Assembly (NCBI GenBank): GCA_964291235.2
Contig: OZ219816.1
Location: 672,001 to 736,000, forward strand
Direction of reading: 5' to 3'
DNA length: 64,000 bases
From: Vicinamibacteria bacterium
Lineage (GTDB): Bacteria > Acidobacteriota > Vicinamibacteria > Marinacidobacterales > Marinacidobacteraceae
Within the stretch, counting starts at the first letter, position 1, and each line of letters begins with the position of its first letter. Below the pieces are notes generated by a model that worked only from the letters and a program-made list of their open reading frames with translations, did no database searches and was not told the origin of the DNA. Positions 9,299-17,769 of this stretch are shown here, piece after piece. A program made the position numbers and the translations under genes.

Positions 9299-10204
9299 AT
9301 GGCCGAAGCAGTTCTGAACACCTCCCTCGAGGGCGTTGCCCTCCGCTCGCGCGGCAAGGTCCGTGACATCTACGCCGTCGGCGACCAACTGCTGCTGGTA
9401 ACTACGGATCGGGTCTCGGCCTTCGATGTGGTGTTGCCGGAGGGGATTCCCGAGAAGGGCCGAGTGCTCAACAGCCTGAGCGCCTGGTGGCTGCGGCGGA
9501 CCGAACACATCGTTCCGAACCACCTGGTCACGGACGATGTGGAGGACTACCCGCCAGTGCTGGCGCCGGCAAAGGGAATGCTGGACGGCCGCTCCATGCT
9601 GGTGAAACGGTTGAACCCGGTGCCTTTCGAGTGCGTGATGCGCGGCTTTCTCTACGGGTCGGGCTGGAAGGAGTACCAGCGGGAGGGCAGTGTGTGCGGC
9701 ATTTCGCTTCCGAGCGGGATGCAACTCGCCGAGCGCTTCCCGGAGCCCCTCTTCACCCCCGCGACGAAGGCGGAGGACGGCCACGACGAGAACGTGAGCG
9801 AGGATTTCATGGCCAATGCGCTGGGCCGGGAACTGACCACCCGCCTCCACCAGGTCTCCCGCGAGATCTATGCGAGTGGGGTGGCGTGGGCCGCCGAGCG
9901 GGGCATCATCATCGCCGACACCAAGTTCGAGTTCGGCCATGACGACGACGGGAAGCTGTACGTCATCGACGAGGTCTTGACCCCCGACTCGTCACGTTTC
10001 TGGCCCGCCGACGAATACGCTCCCGGGAAACTCCAGTCCAGCTTCGACAAGCAGTACGTCCGCGACTATCTGGAAACCGTTGACTGGAACAAGGAACCGC
10101 CGGCGCCGCACCTGCCCGACCACATCGTTCGCGGGACGACCGACCGTTTCCTCAGCGCCTATCGCCAGATCACGGGTTCTCCCCTAGCGGCTCCGCGCTA
10201 CTGA
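9299..10204 (+). CDS. purC: SAICAR synthetase
   Basis: RGKVRDIY, TDRVSAFD, FTPATKAEDGHDEN, ADTKFEFG, DEVLTPDSSRFW and SFDKQYVRD motifs. Confidence 0.97.
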   Translation: MAEAVLNTSLEGVALRSRGKVRDIYAVGDQLLLVTTDRVSAFDVVLPEGIPEKGRVLNSLSAWWLRRTEHIVPNHLVTDDVEDYPPVLAPAKGMLDGRSMLVKRLNPVPFECVMRGFLYGSGWKEYQREGSVCGISLPSGMQLAERFPEPLFTPATKAEDGHDENVSEDFMANALGRELTTRLHQVSREIYASGVAWAAERGIIIADTKFEFGHDDDGKLYVIDEVLTPDSSRFWPADEYAPGKLQSSFDKQYVRDYLETVDWNKEPPAPHLPDHIVRGTTDRFLSAYRQITGSPLAAPRY

Positions 10205-10246
10205 CGGTCCGCGCGGGGGCGGCCGCGCCGCGGGAAGCACCCCGCA

Positions 10247-11167
10247 TCAGTTCCGGCCGGCGAACCGGACCCGGACCGAACCATCACCCGTCCGTAGGTG
10301 GATGCGAGGTCCTGACCCATCACCGAGGGTGGCCAGAGCCATCGGTCCCTCCGCCCGCCAGTCGGGGAAATCGCGGCTATCGTCCGCATTCGGCCGTCCC
10401 ACGGCGGTCATCACGGCGTCGGTGCCGCGGGGCACCGTGAGTCGTACCGACCCGCTCCCGGTCCGCAGGAACCACTCGCCGGCCAGCGGCGGTCCACCTT
10501 CCCGGACGTCGATTTCAATGCGTCCGTCGGCCGTCACCGCGGTGACCTGCTGCAGTCGCCCCTCAAGCCGGATGGCCCCGTCCCCGCTCTCCACCCGGAA
10601 GCGTCCCTCAAGGTCCTTCCCCTCGATCCTGCCGTCGGCGGCGCGCAAACGGATCGGTTCCCGCGTCCTTCCCATCGGCGACCTGAGATCGCTCGCGACG
10701 ATGCGGCCGGAGGCGGATGTTGCCCGGGTGGGGCCGGTAAGGCCTTCCAGTTCGATCCTCCCCGAACCGGTGCGGGCATCGACTGCCGTGCCTGCCGGGA
10801 CGGCGATCCTCAAGCTGAGCGAGAGTTCCTCCCACGGCCGAAAGGCACCGGCCGTGGCGCTGCGACCGGTGATTGTCAGCGCGCCCGAATCCGGGTCGCG
10901 CTCGAAGTCGACGAGAAGGGCTTCGAGCGCCGTCCGGGCGGCCTCCCACGAAGGCGCCTGGGCAACTCGGTGGATCTCGACTTCGATGTCGGCGCCGAGA
11001 TGTTCCCGGACACTCAGGGAACCCCGATCGATGCGGATCGCGAGTTCGGAAGCGCTGGGGCGACGGATCGTCTCCACGGAGGTCTGATCAACGCCGGGAG
11101 TGCAGCCCAGGGAGAAAACGCCCGGCAGAACGAGGACCGCGCGCAGAACCCGAACGCGACGCCTCAC
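10247..11167 (-). CDS. DUF4097 family beta-strand repeat protein, putative lipoprotein
   Basis: GTG start overlaps the upstream gene's stop (GTGA); lipobox-like FSLGC; repeated T/SxxGxI motifs (RTGSGRI, TSASGRI, TADGRI, RTGDGSV). Confidence 0.75.
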   Translation of the reverse strand: MRRRVRVLRAVLVLPGVFSLGCTPGVDQTSVETIRRPSASELAIRIDRGSLSVREHLGADIEVEIHRVAQAPSWEAARTALEALLVDFERDPDSGALTITGRSATAGAFRPWEELSLSLRIAVPAGTAVDARTGSGRIELEGLTGPTRATSASGRIVASDLRSPMGRTREPIRLRAADGRIEGKDLEGRFRVESGDGAIRLEGRLQQVTAVTADGRIEIDVREGGPPLAGEWFLRTGSGSVRLTVPRGTDAVMTAVGRPNADDSRDFPDWRAEGPMALATLGDGSGPRIHLRTGDGSVRVRFAGRN

Positions 11168-12876
11168 CGATTCTCTCCCGCGGGCGGGCGCGCCTGCACC
11201 ACGATGTCGCCTTGGCGCGTCGAAATCGTCACCCCTTCGGCGCCGGAACCCGTGAGGCCGTTCCACCGGGATGAGCCGTCCGTCGCGACTTCCTCCAGAG
11301 GGAAGTCGCTCACCAACGCACCGCTGGCCGTCCGGGCCGACAGGGCGAAGGATCCCGCCGAAGGGAGCGTCAGCCGGACGTCTCCCCGCTCGGTGGTGAG
11401 CGCAACCTCTCCACCGAGGGAGCCGGTTGCGACGTCCACCCTGGCATCTCCACCCGTTACCGTCAGGCTGTCTCCGAACCCGCGGACGGTGATTGCGCCG
11501 GCCTCTCCCGTGAAGTCGGCCGGTCCCGAGAGCAGCGCTCCTCGCACCTCGCCGCGGCCGCTGGCGACCGTCAGGGGCCCCCCCACATCCTCGACCAGGA
11601 TGGACCCGCCTTCCGCCTGGATGTCCACGCCGGATCGCGCGTTCCGCACCTCGATGCTCGCGGACTCGGCCCGGATCCGGAGCGTGCCTGCGATGGCGGT
11701 GGCGAGGACGCTTCCGAAGTCGGACCGCACTACCGCGGGCCCTTCGATCCGCGCCAGGCCAACGGGTGAGATGCGGGTCTCGATTTCGATCGGCCCGGAG
11801 GAATCGGAGACCTCCACCGGCGCGTTCCGGCTCAACACGTTGACCGAGGAGCCGGCCTCCGAGATCCACACCGGAGCGCCCTCCGATTCGACCCTGATCG
11901 CTCCGTCCACCGATTCGGCTTCAATGACGGTCCGCCGCCCGCGGATGTGCAGCGCGCCGCCGATCCCGGATGCCCGGATGGCGCCGTCCCTGGCGGTCAG
12001 CGAGACGGCGCCCCTCGGTCCGCGGACCTCGACGAGACCGTCGCTCGTTCGGACTTCGGCGCCCGCGAACGGGCCCCGGATCTGGACGGAGCCCTCTCCG
12101 CTGGTTGCCACGACATGGACGCCGGGCGGAAGCGTCAGGAACAGTTCGAGCGCCACTTCGCTAGCGCCCGCGTCGTCCACCCGGATCCTGAAGCCGGTTT
12201 CGCCGTCCATGGGCTCGGTGACCAGTCGCACGGCGGCCGCCCGGTCCGCTGCCTGCTCCCGGTCGGCCGCCCAGACGTGTTTCGCGAGCCGGATCCGGCC
12301 CTCGGGCCCGGACCTCGCGATGGCTGTACGCGCCGCTACCGGCGGTATCGCGGGGGCGCCGGACGCGGCGGCCGCCGGAACAACCGTCAGGGCGTCCACC
12401 TGGATGTTGCCCGCGGGAAGTGAGATCGAGATGTCCGTCCCGTCCCCGGCGGGAAGCGAGATGGTTCGCTCTTCATCGAACCGGTGCCGGGAATGCTGGC
12501 CGGACCCGTGTTCCAGCAGGCGGCCGATCTCCAGAAGCCGGAACTCGAGGCCCTGACTTTCGATAGCCCGCTGGGCGAGCGTGAAGAGGGTGCCGCCGAG
12601 GATCAGCAGCAGGAGGAGGACCACCTCTCCGAAACCGAAGCGGGCCCGGCCGGTCCGGATTCGGGTAACGACCTTGGAAGCTCCCCAGACGACCAGCAGG
12701 AGCGGCCACCAGACTGCCGCCAGGGGCAGGACGCTCAGGAGCAGGCGGGCGACCGGGGTTCCCGAAAGGTTCGCCCACAGGAAGAACCCGCCGGTGACGA
12801 GGAGGCCGATGCCGAATGCGGTCGCGCAACCGCTGCCGGACGGCGGGGTGTTTTTCGCCGCCGAGGACTCCGTCAT
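11164..12876 (-). CDS. Membrane-anchored DUF4097 family protein with N-terminal DUF5668/LiaF-like TM region
   Basis: N-terminal TM helices with WWPLLLVVWG; many beta-repeat motifs (TSDGLVEV, ARDGAI, SDFGSV, TERGDV, TRQGDI). Confidence 0.78.
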   Translation of the reverse strand: MTESSAAKNTPPSGSGCATAFGIGLLVTGGFFLWANLSGTPVARLLLSVLPLAAVWWPLLLVVWGASKVVTRIRTGRARFGFGEVVLLLLLILGGTLFTLAQRAIESQGLEFRLLEIGRLLEHGSGQHSRHRFDEERTISLPAGDGTDISISLPAGNIQVDALTVVPAAAASGAPAIPPVAARTAIARSGPEGRIRLAKHVWAADREQAADRAAAVRLVTEPMDGETGFRIRVDDAGASEVALELFLTLPPGVHVVATSGEGSVQIRGPFAGAEVRTSDGLVEVRGPRGAVSLTARDGAIRASGIGGALHIRGRRTVIEAESVDGAIRVESEGAPVWISEAGSSVNVLSRNAPVEVSDSSGPIEIETRISPVGLARIEGPAVVRSDFGSVLATAIAGTLRIRAESASIEVRNARSGVDIQAEGGSILVEDVGGPLTVASGRGEVRGALLSGPADFTGEAGAITVRGFGDSLTVTGGDARVDVATGSLGGEVALTTERGDVRLTLPSAGSFALSARTASGALVSDFPLEEVATDGSSRWNGLTGSGAEGVTISTRQGDIVVQARPPAGENR

Positions 12877-13076
12877 GCAGGAGGCGGCGGCGGGCCGGTC
12901 GCGGGCCCCGAACCGGCGCCGCGGTTCTGCATGAGCATCCGGGCGCCGACCGCGATCAGGATGAGCGGCCAGAAGCGGAAGAAATCGCCGATATCAACGA
13001 GGTCGAGGTTCGACAGCAAGAAGGCGATCCCGACCAGGATCAGGATGATTCCGGCCCAGTTGTCGTTCTTCTTCAT
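12873..13076 (-). CDS. Small DUF5668 (LiaI/LiaF-like) membrane protein
   Basis: WAGIILILVGIAFLLSNL...FFRFWPLILIAVG; ATGA overlap with the next gene. Confidence 0.8.
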   Translation of the reverse strand: MKKNDNWAGIILILVGIAFLLSNLDLVDIGDFFRFWPLILIAVGARMLMQNRGAGSGPATGPPPPPA

Positions 13077-13079
13077 GAC

Positions 13080-13616
13080 CTACTTCTCCTCGCTGTCCGC
13101 CGGCGCCGAAGGTGCGGTGTCCGGGGAGTCGGGTTGGGGAGCCGGCACATCGGCCAGCGGCGCCGCCCCGGGCGGTGCGGTGGCGTCCGGCGCCGCTTCC
13201 GACCCGGCGGCCGAAGCAGCGAGCGAACCGGGAATCAGCGGACGGCCGCGGAAGACCTGCAACCCGATCCACACGAGGATCAGGGGCCAGAATCTGAGCA
13301 CCCATTCGAGTTCGGAAATCCGGGCGAGAATCGCGACGGCGCCGGCGCCCATCAGCCCGATCGCCCAATGTCGATCGAGAGCGATCGACGCCGGTCGTCC
13401 TTCCGCCCGCGCCCGCACGATTTCTTCGGTCGTCCGGATCGCGTTCACGATCCCGAAGATCCATATCGCCAGCGCGAGAGGGACGAGTTCGTCCTGGAAC
13501 ACGGCGACAAACGCCGCGGCGAGCGCCAGCCCGCGGGCGGTAGCTCCCGCATAGAGGTGGCCAAGGCCAGGGAGCGGTACGGAGAGGACGCCGGCGAGTC
13601 CCGGTGAGCGGTTCAT
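13080..13616 (-). CDS. Membrane protein with PGLGHLY motif and DUF5668-like C-terminal TM
   Basis: SPGLAGVLSVPLPGLGHLYAG...RFWPLILVWIG; translationally coupled within the operon. Confidence 0.7.
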   Translation of the reverse strand: MNRSPGLAGVLSVPLPGLGHLYAGATARGLALAAAFVAVFQDELVPLALAIWIFGIVNAIRTTEEIVRARAEGRPASIALDRHWAIGLMGAGAVAILARISELEWVLRFWPLILVWIGLQVFRGRPLIPGSLAASAAGSEAAPDATAPPGAAPLADVPAPQPDSPDTAPSAPADSEEK

Positions 13617-14254
13617 GGCGCGTTGCCTCCTGGTGCTGGCCCGGTGGCAGCGGGGCCAGGACTGGACACCGGCGCCGACAACAGGTCGTCACGGCGACGG
13701 GTGGCCCGCTCCAGATCGCGGAGCCGGTCGCCCCAACGGTCCATCTGGTCCTCCAGCGCGAAGGAAACCGACGCCCGGAGCACGCCCAGCTCGGCCAGCG
13801 CGCGGTCGGTGTGACGGTTTGCGGCCTCCCGCAGACTCGTGACCCCCTCCGAGGCGCGGGGCAGGGATTCGAGCGCGCCCCGGACCGGCGGCGGCTGGAA
13901 GAACAACAACATCACCGCCGCTGCCGCCGCGGCGAGCCAGGTCGGCCAGTAGTTCGTCCGCCGGACGTAGAGCGCGCGGAACCGGGGCAGGGTAGCGGCC
14001 AGAATTCGGGCGTCGAGATCGGGAGGAATCCGTTCGGAGCCGGCGGCGAAGTCAGCCAACCCGTGGCGCACCGCCCGGATCTCTCCGTAGAGTCGGGCGA
14101 GTTCGGGATCCCGCGCCAGGCGGGACCGCACCCGTTGGGCCCCGTCCTGGTCGAGTTCGCCCGCGGCCAGGGCCGAGACCAGCTCTTCGAGCCGCGCTTC
14201 GGAACGAGAATCGCTCAACGGATCAACCAACGGATCAACCAACGGATCAGTCAA
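13613..14254 (-). CDS. Putative transmembrane anti-sigma factor
   Basis: TTG start overlaps the sigma stop (TTGA); ELVSALAAGEL...RVRSRL anti-sigma-like N-terminus; TM WLAAAAAAVMLLFF. No HxxxCxxC motif. Confidence 0.7.
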   Translation of the reverse strand: MTDPLVDPLVDPLSDSRSEARLEELVSALAAGELDQDGAQRVRSRLARDPELARLYGEIRAVRHGLADFAAGSERIPPDLDARILAATLPRFRALYVRRTNYWPTWLAAAAAAVMLLFFQPPPVRGALESLPRASEGVTSLREAANRHTDRALAELGVLRASVSFALEDQMDRWGDRLRDLERATRRRDDLLSAPVSSPGPAATGPAPGGNAP

Positions 14255-14257
14255 CGG
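14216..14257. repeat. 12-bp tandem repeat CAACGGATCAAC x ~3.5 at the sigma/anti-sigma junction
   Basis: Units at 14216, 14228 and 14240, partial at 14252; encodes LTDP-LVDP-LVDP. Confidence 0.85.
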
Positions 14258-14895
14258 GGATCTCCCCTGCCGGTTCGGGCGGCTCCGGCCTTCTTGGTTC
14301 CGGGATGCGGGGGCCCGGTCCGGACGGGTCCGGTCCGGCCCAGTTCCCGCCGCGCTCGCGCGAGCGTCTGCCGGGCCCGATGGATGCGGGACTTCACGGT
14401 TCCGAGCGGGATTCCCAATCGCTCCGCGATCTCGGGGTAGTCGCAATCCATCAAATCCCGGAGGATGAGCGGTTCCGAAAGCTCAGGCGGCAGGCGGTCC
14501 AGCAGCCGCCGCACCCTGGCGGCTTCTTCCCGCCGTTCGGCAATGGTGTCAGGTTGCCAGGAAGTTGGAACGGGAGCTTCCGGAATGTCCTCGCCGGACA
14601 GGAGGAGGGGAGTGCGCCGCCGGCGCCGGTAGGCGTCGATAGCCATGTTGGTGGCCACCTGCCGGATCCAGGCGCCCAGCGCTCCACTCGGGCGATAGCT
14701 GGGCAACACGCTCACCAGCCGCATGAAGATGTCCTGCGTGAGTTCGTCAGCGTCGTCCGGGGTTGCCGCAAAGCGATACGCAATGTGCCAGACCGGTTCC
14801 CGGAACCGGTCCACGAAGGCCCGCCACCCGTCCTCGTGACCGGAAAGGCAATGGCGGACGAGTTGCGCATCGGAGATTTGGGCCGGGGATTCCAA
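14251..14895 (-). CDS. ECF-family RNA polymerase sigma factor (SigW/RpoE-like)
   Basis: Region 2 DADELTQDIFMRL...AWIRQVATNMAIDAYRR; region 4 YPEIAERLGIPLGTVKSRIHRAR. Confidence 0.93.
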   Translation of the reverse strand: MESPAQISDAQLVRHCLSGHEDGWRAFVDRFREPVWHIAYRFAATPDDADELTQDIFMRLVSVLPSYRPSGALGAWIRQVATNMAIDAYRRRRRTPLLLSGEDIPEAPVPTSWQPDTIAERREEAARVRRLLDRLPPELSEPLILRDLMDCDYPEIAERLGIPLGTVKSRIHRARQTLARARRELGRTGPVRTGPPHPGTKKAGAARTGRGDPR

Positions 14896-14930
14896 TGGCG
14901 GCGCTTCGGTCTTCTCCGGCTAACCCACGA

Positions 14931-14957
14931 TAACGAAACTGTCCGGCCGCTGGTTCC
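14931..14957 (-). promoter_or_regulatory. ECF-type autoregulatory promoter GGAACC-N16-CGTTA
   Basis: Minus strand reads GGAACC agcggccggacagttt CGTTA, ending 35 nt upstream of the sigma start; fits the general ECF AAC/CGT consensus. Confidence 0.7.
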
Positions 14958-15020
14958 CGGTTCCCCGGGCGCCCCGCTCCGCCGGCCTCGTCCGTTCCGG
15001 CGAACTCGCGGGGATCCAGG

Positions 15021-15512
15021 TCAGGAGGATTTCCGCACGGCCTTTCGTTGTTTCGCCGGCGACCGTTTCCGCAGGAGGGATCGGACCTCCTTCACGAAGT
15101 CGCGGGTATCCTGAAAATCGCGGTACACCGACGCGAAACGCACGAATGCCACATGGTCTTCGCGTTTCAGTTCTTCCATGAGGACTTCGCCGATCTCGGA
15201 GGCGGTGAGTTCCCGGTCCGGGCTCTTCGCGACCAGCGCTTCGACGCGATGGGCGATGGCTTCGATCTTCTCTTCGGCGATGCGCGTTCCACATGCCTTC
15301 TTGAGACCCGAAAGCACCTTGTCACGGCTGAATACCTCGCGGTCACCGTTCTTTTTGACCACCATGCACGGGATTTCTTCCACGGCCTCGTAGCTCGTGA
15401 ACCGTTTCCCGCACCGGATGCACTCGCGTCGCCGGCGAATGATTTCTCCCTCCCGGCTTTCCCGGGAATCCACGACCCGGTCTTCCGGATTCCCGCAATA
15501 GGGACACTTCAC
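15021..15512 (-). CDS. nrdR: Transcriptional repressor NrdR
   Basis: MKCPYC...RVVDSR...IRRRRECIRCGKRFTSYE, ATP-cone, VAFVRFASVYRDF. Confidence 0.97.
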   Translation of the reverse strand: MKCPYCGNPEDRVVDSRESREGEIIRRRRECIRCGKRFTSYEAVEEIPCMVVKKNGDREVFSRDKVLSGLKKACGTRIAEEKIEAIAHRVEALVAKSPDRELTASEIGEVLMEELKREDHVAFVRFASVYRDFQDTRDFVKEVRSLLRKRSPAKQRKAVRKSS

Positions 15513-16435
15513 TTCGGTTGCTCCACGGCGTGGGCAGCGTACACCCCCTCGATCGTGCGAGCCGGTTCTCGGAGGGCGAGTTCCATTTCCATTCCGGCCC
15601 AGGTTGCCGCGCTCGGGACCAGCCCGACGATTTCAGAGTGAACGACGCCGGTTCCGGCGGCTCCGGCCTCCTTGAGAACCCGCTGAAACGCATCCCCAAG
15701 CGAGGTCTGCCGCCAGTCGAGCAGGTTCATCGACACCTGCGCGAGCACCCGCCGCCGCACGGGATCCCGCTGCCGCACCCCGATGGCCCGCAGGGCGGGT
15801 AACCCGCCGCCACTCGTCCGCATGCGTCCGGCGATGGCCCGCGCGGTTGCCACCTCCTCGGTGTCGAGGTTCACGTTGAAGGCGATGAGCGGCAGGCGCG
15901 CTCCCACGCATACCCCCCCGGCGGCCGGGTGAAGGGCCTGCGGTCCGTAGTCGGTGCGAACCTCTCCGTTGGCCAGGCGGTTCGCGAGACCGCGAACTCC
16001 GCCGCGTCGGATCCGGGGCAGGGGACGCCGGTTCGGGTCGGCTTCCCCGTAGAGGAACACGGGGACCGATTCCGCCTTGCCGATCTCCTCCGCGAGGGAA
16101 AGCGCGAGCTGCACCGCCTCCTCCATGGCGGTTTCGCCGAGAGGGACGATCGGCAACACGTCCAGCGCGCCGATGCGAGGGTGCTCGCCGTGGTGACCGC
16201 GCAGGTCAATATGCCGGGTGGCCGTCTGGAAGAGGGCGATGCAGGACGAACGCAACTCCGACGAACCCGCCGCCAGCGTGAACACCGAGCGATGGTGAGA
16301 GGGATCCGCGTGCAGATCGAGCAGGGGCCGTCCCGCGGCTGTGACCAGGCGGTCCAGCGTGTCCCGGGAGCGACCTTCGCTAAAGTTGGGGACAGCCTCG
16401 AAAAGCGCCTCTCGGGCCGGTGCGTTGTCGCCCAT
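15509..16435 (-). CDS. ftcD: Glutamate formimidoyltransferase (stand-alone FT domain)
   Basis: EAVPNFSEGR, DPSHHRSVFT, HHGEHPRIGALDVLPIVP, VGARLPLIAFNVNL, QVSMNL and SEIVGLVP motifs. Confidence 0.9.
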   Translation of the reverse strand: MGDNAPAREALFEAVPNFSEGRSRDTLDRLVTAAGRPLLDLHADPSHHRSVFTLAAGSSELRSSCIALFQTATRHIDLRGHHGEHPRIGALDVLPIVPLGETAMEEAVQLALSLAEEIGKAESVPVFLYGEADPNRRPLPRIRRGGVRGLANRLANGEVRTDYGPQALHPAAGGVCVGARLPLIAFNVNLDTEEVATARAIAGRMRTSGGGLPALRAIGVRQRDPVRRRVLAQVSMNLLDWRQTSLGDAFQRVLKEAGAAGTGVVHSEIVGLVPSAATWAGMEMELALREPARTIEGVYAAHAVEQPK

Positions 16436-16593
16436 CCAGCCCTCCTCGCCGGGACCGGGTCGGGGAAATTCCCGCCTCCCCGGCCGGGCAATCGCGACGA
16501 TGGCCCAGCCGGGGCCGGCAGTATAGTTTCGCTACCATCCGCCGCTCCTGGAGCGGGGTTTTCCATGATTCGCGCTTTTCCCGGTCCCGTGCG

Positions 16594-17673
16594 GTGAGGC
16601 CGGAGGAGCCGGGGGAAGGCCGGAATCACCCCGCCCGAGATGCCGGTCCGGAAGACCCCTCCTCAAACGCGCCACCGGCTTCCGCACCCGGAGAAGGGAA
16701 GGAAGCGGTCAGCGGGGAGGCGCCCGACCCGGGACCGGCGGCAAGCACCCAGGAGCGTGTCGAAGAGGCGCTCCGGCGCAGCGCGGCGCGGCGCGGCGAG
16801 GCATCCGAGTCCGCGGGTGAGCCGGAGGCATCGCCTGGATCGCACGCCGCGCCGGAAGTTTCCGCTTCGGAACACTGGAGGTGGACGATCCGGAGGCGCA
16901 TAGACGAAAGGAATCCGGATCCGGATCCGGAATCGGGAGCCGAGCCCGCGCCAGCCGCTGATCCGGGCGACGAGGCCGAACCTGGGCCCGCTTCGCCGGC
17001 GCCGGAAGTCCGCGAGCGGGTGGAGCGTCGTCTTCAGCAGGTTCTGGATCGCCGCGAGCCGCCGCCGGCGGAGGTCGGAGCGAGGCCGGCGGCGGTGTTG
17101 CCCGGCCCGTCCGGGTCCGGCTCTCCGCCGCTTCCGGAAGAGACCGAAACCCCCGCGACCTGGGACGCTTCCTGGGTCGAAGAAGGAGGCGAAAAGCGGC
17201 CCGAAGCGGAGGCGCCGCCGGCGCTCCCCCCATCCCGGTTCGCCGCCTTTGTCGCCACCTGCGGTTTCCTCGGGCGAGTGCCGGTCGCTCCCGGCACCGC
17301 CGGCGCGGCCGCCGGCCTGATTGCCTTTCTCCTGACCCGGAATCTGGACGGCGCCGTCGCCCTCGGCCTGTTGGCGGTTGCCACCGCCGTGGGAACGTGG
17401 GCCGGGGGACGTCACGCGAAGGACCTTCGCCACCCGGATCCGCGCTCCGTGGTGGTGGACGAGTTCTGTGGGATGTGGTTGGCTCTCGTCGGCACGAATC
17501 CGTCCTTCCTGGTCATGGCGGCGGCCTTCGTCGCTTTCCGGATTCTGGACATCTTCAAGCCGCCTCCGGTCCGGCAGGCGGAAAAGCTCCCCGGCGGGAT
17601 CGGCATCATGGCGGACGACCTGGTCGCGGGCGGCATCGTGCGCGTCATCCTCTTGCTCGCCCTGGGGATGTGA
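16594..17673 (+). CDS. pgpA: Phosphatidylglycerophosphatase A with long acidic, Pro-rich N-terminal extension (start uncertain)
   Basis: PVAPGTAG, DPRSVVVDEFCG, FRILDIFKPPPV and GIMADDLVAG motifs; sits upstream of cinA. Confidence 0.85.
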   Translation: MRPEEPGEGRNHPARDAGPEDPSSNAPPASAPGEGKEAVSGEAPDPGPAASTQERVEEALRRSAARRGEASESAGEPEASPGSHAAPEVSASEHWRWTIRRRIDERNPDPDPESGAEPAPAADPGDEAEPGPASPAPEVRERVERRLQQVLDRREPPPAEVGARPAAVLPGPSGSGSPPLPEETETPATWDASWVEEGGEKRPEAEAPPALPPSRFAAFVATCGFLGRVPVAPGTAGAAAGLIAFLLTRNLDGAVALGLLAVATAVGTWAGGRHAKDLRHPDPRSVVVDEFCGMWLALVGTNPSFLVMAAAFVAFRILDIFKPPPVRQAEKLPGGIGIMADDLVAGGIVRVILLLALGM

Positions 17674-17769
17674 GCCAGCGGATCCTCTGGGAGGGGTCTT
17701 CTCCTGCTCCGCGCGAGCGTCCGCCCGGCCCGCCCGTGCGGCTGAGTAAATTTTCCGGGAGCCGCTCGT

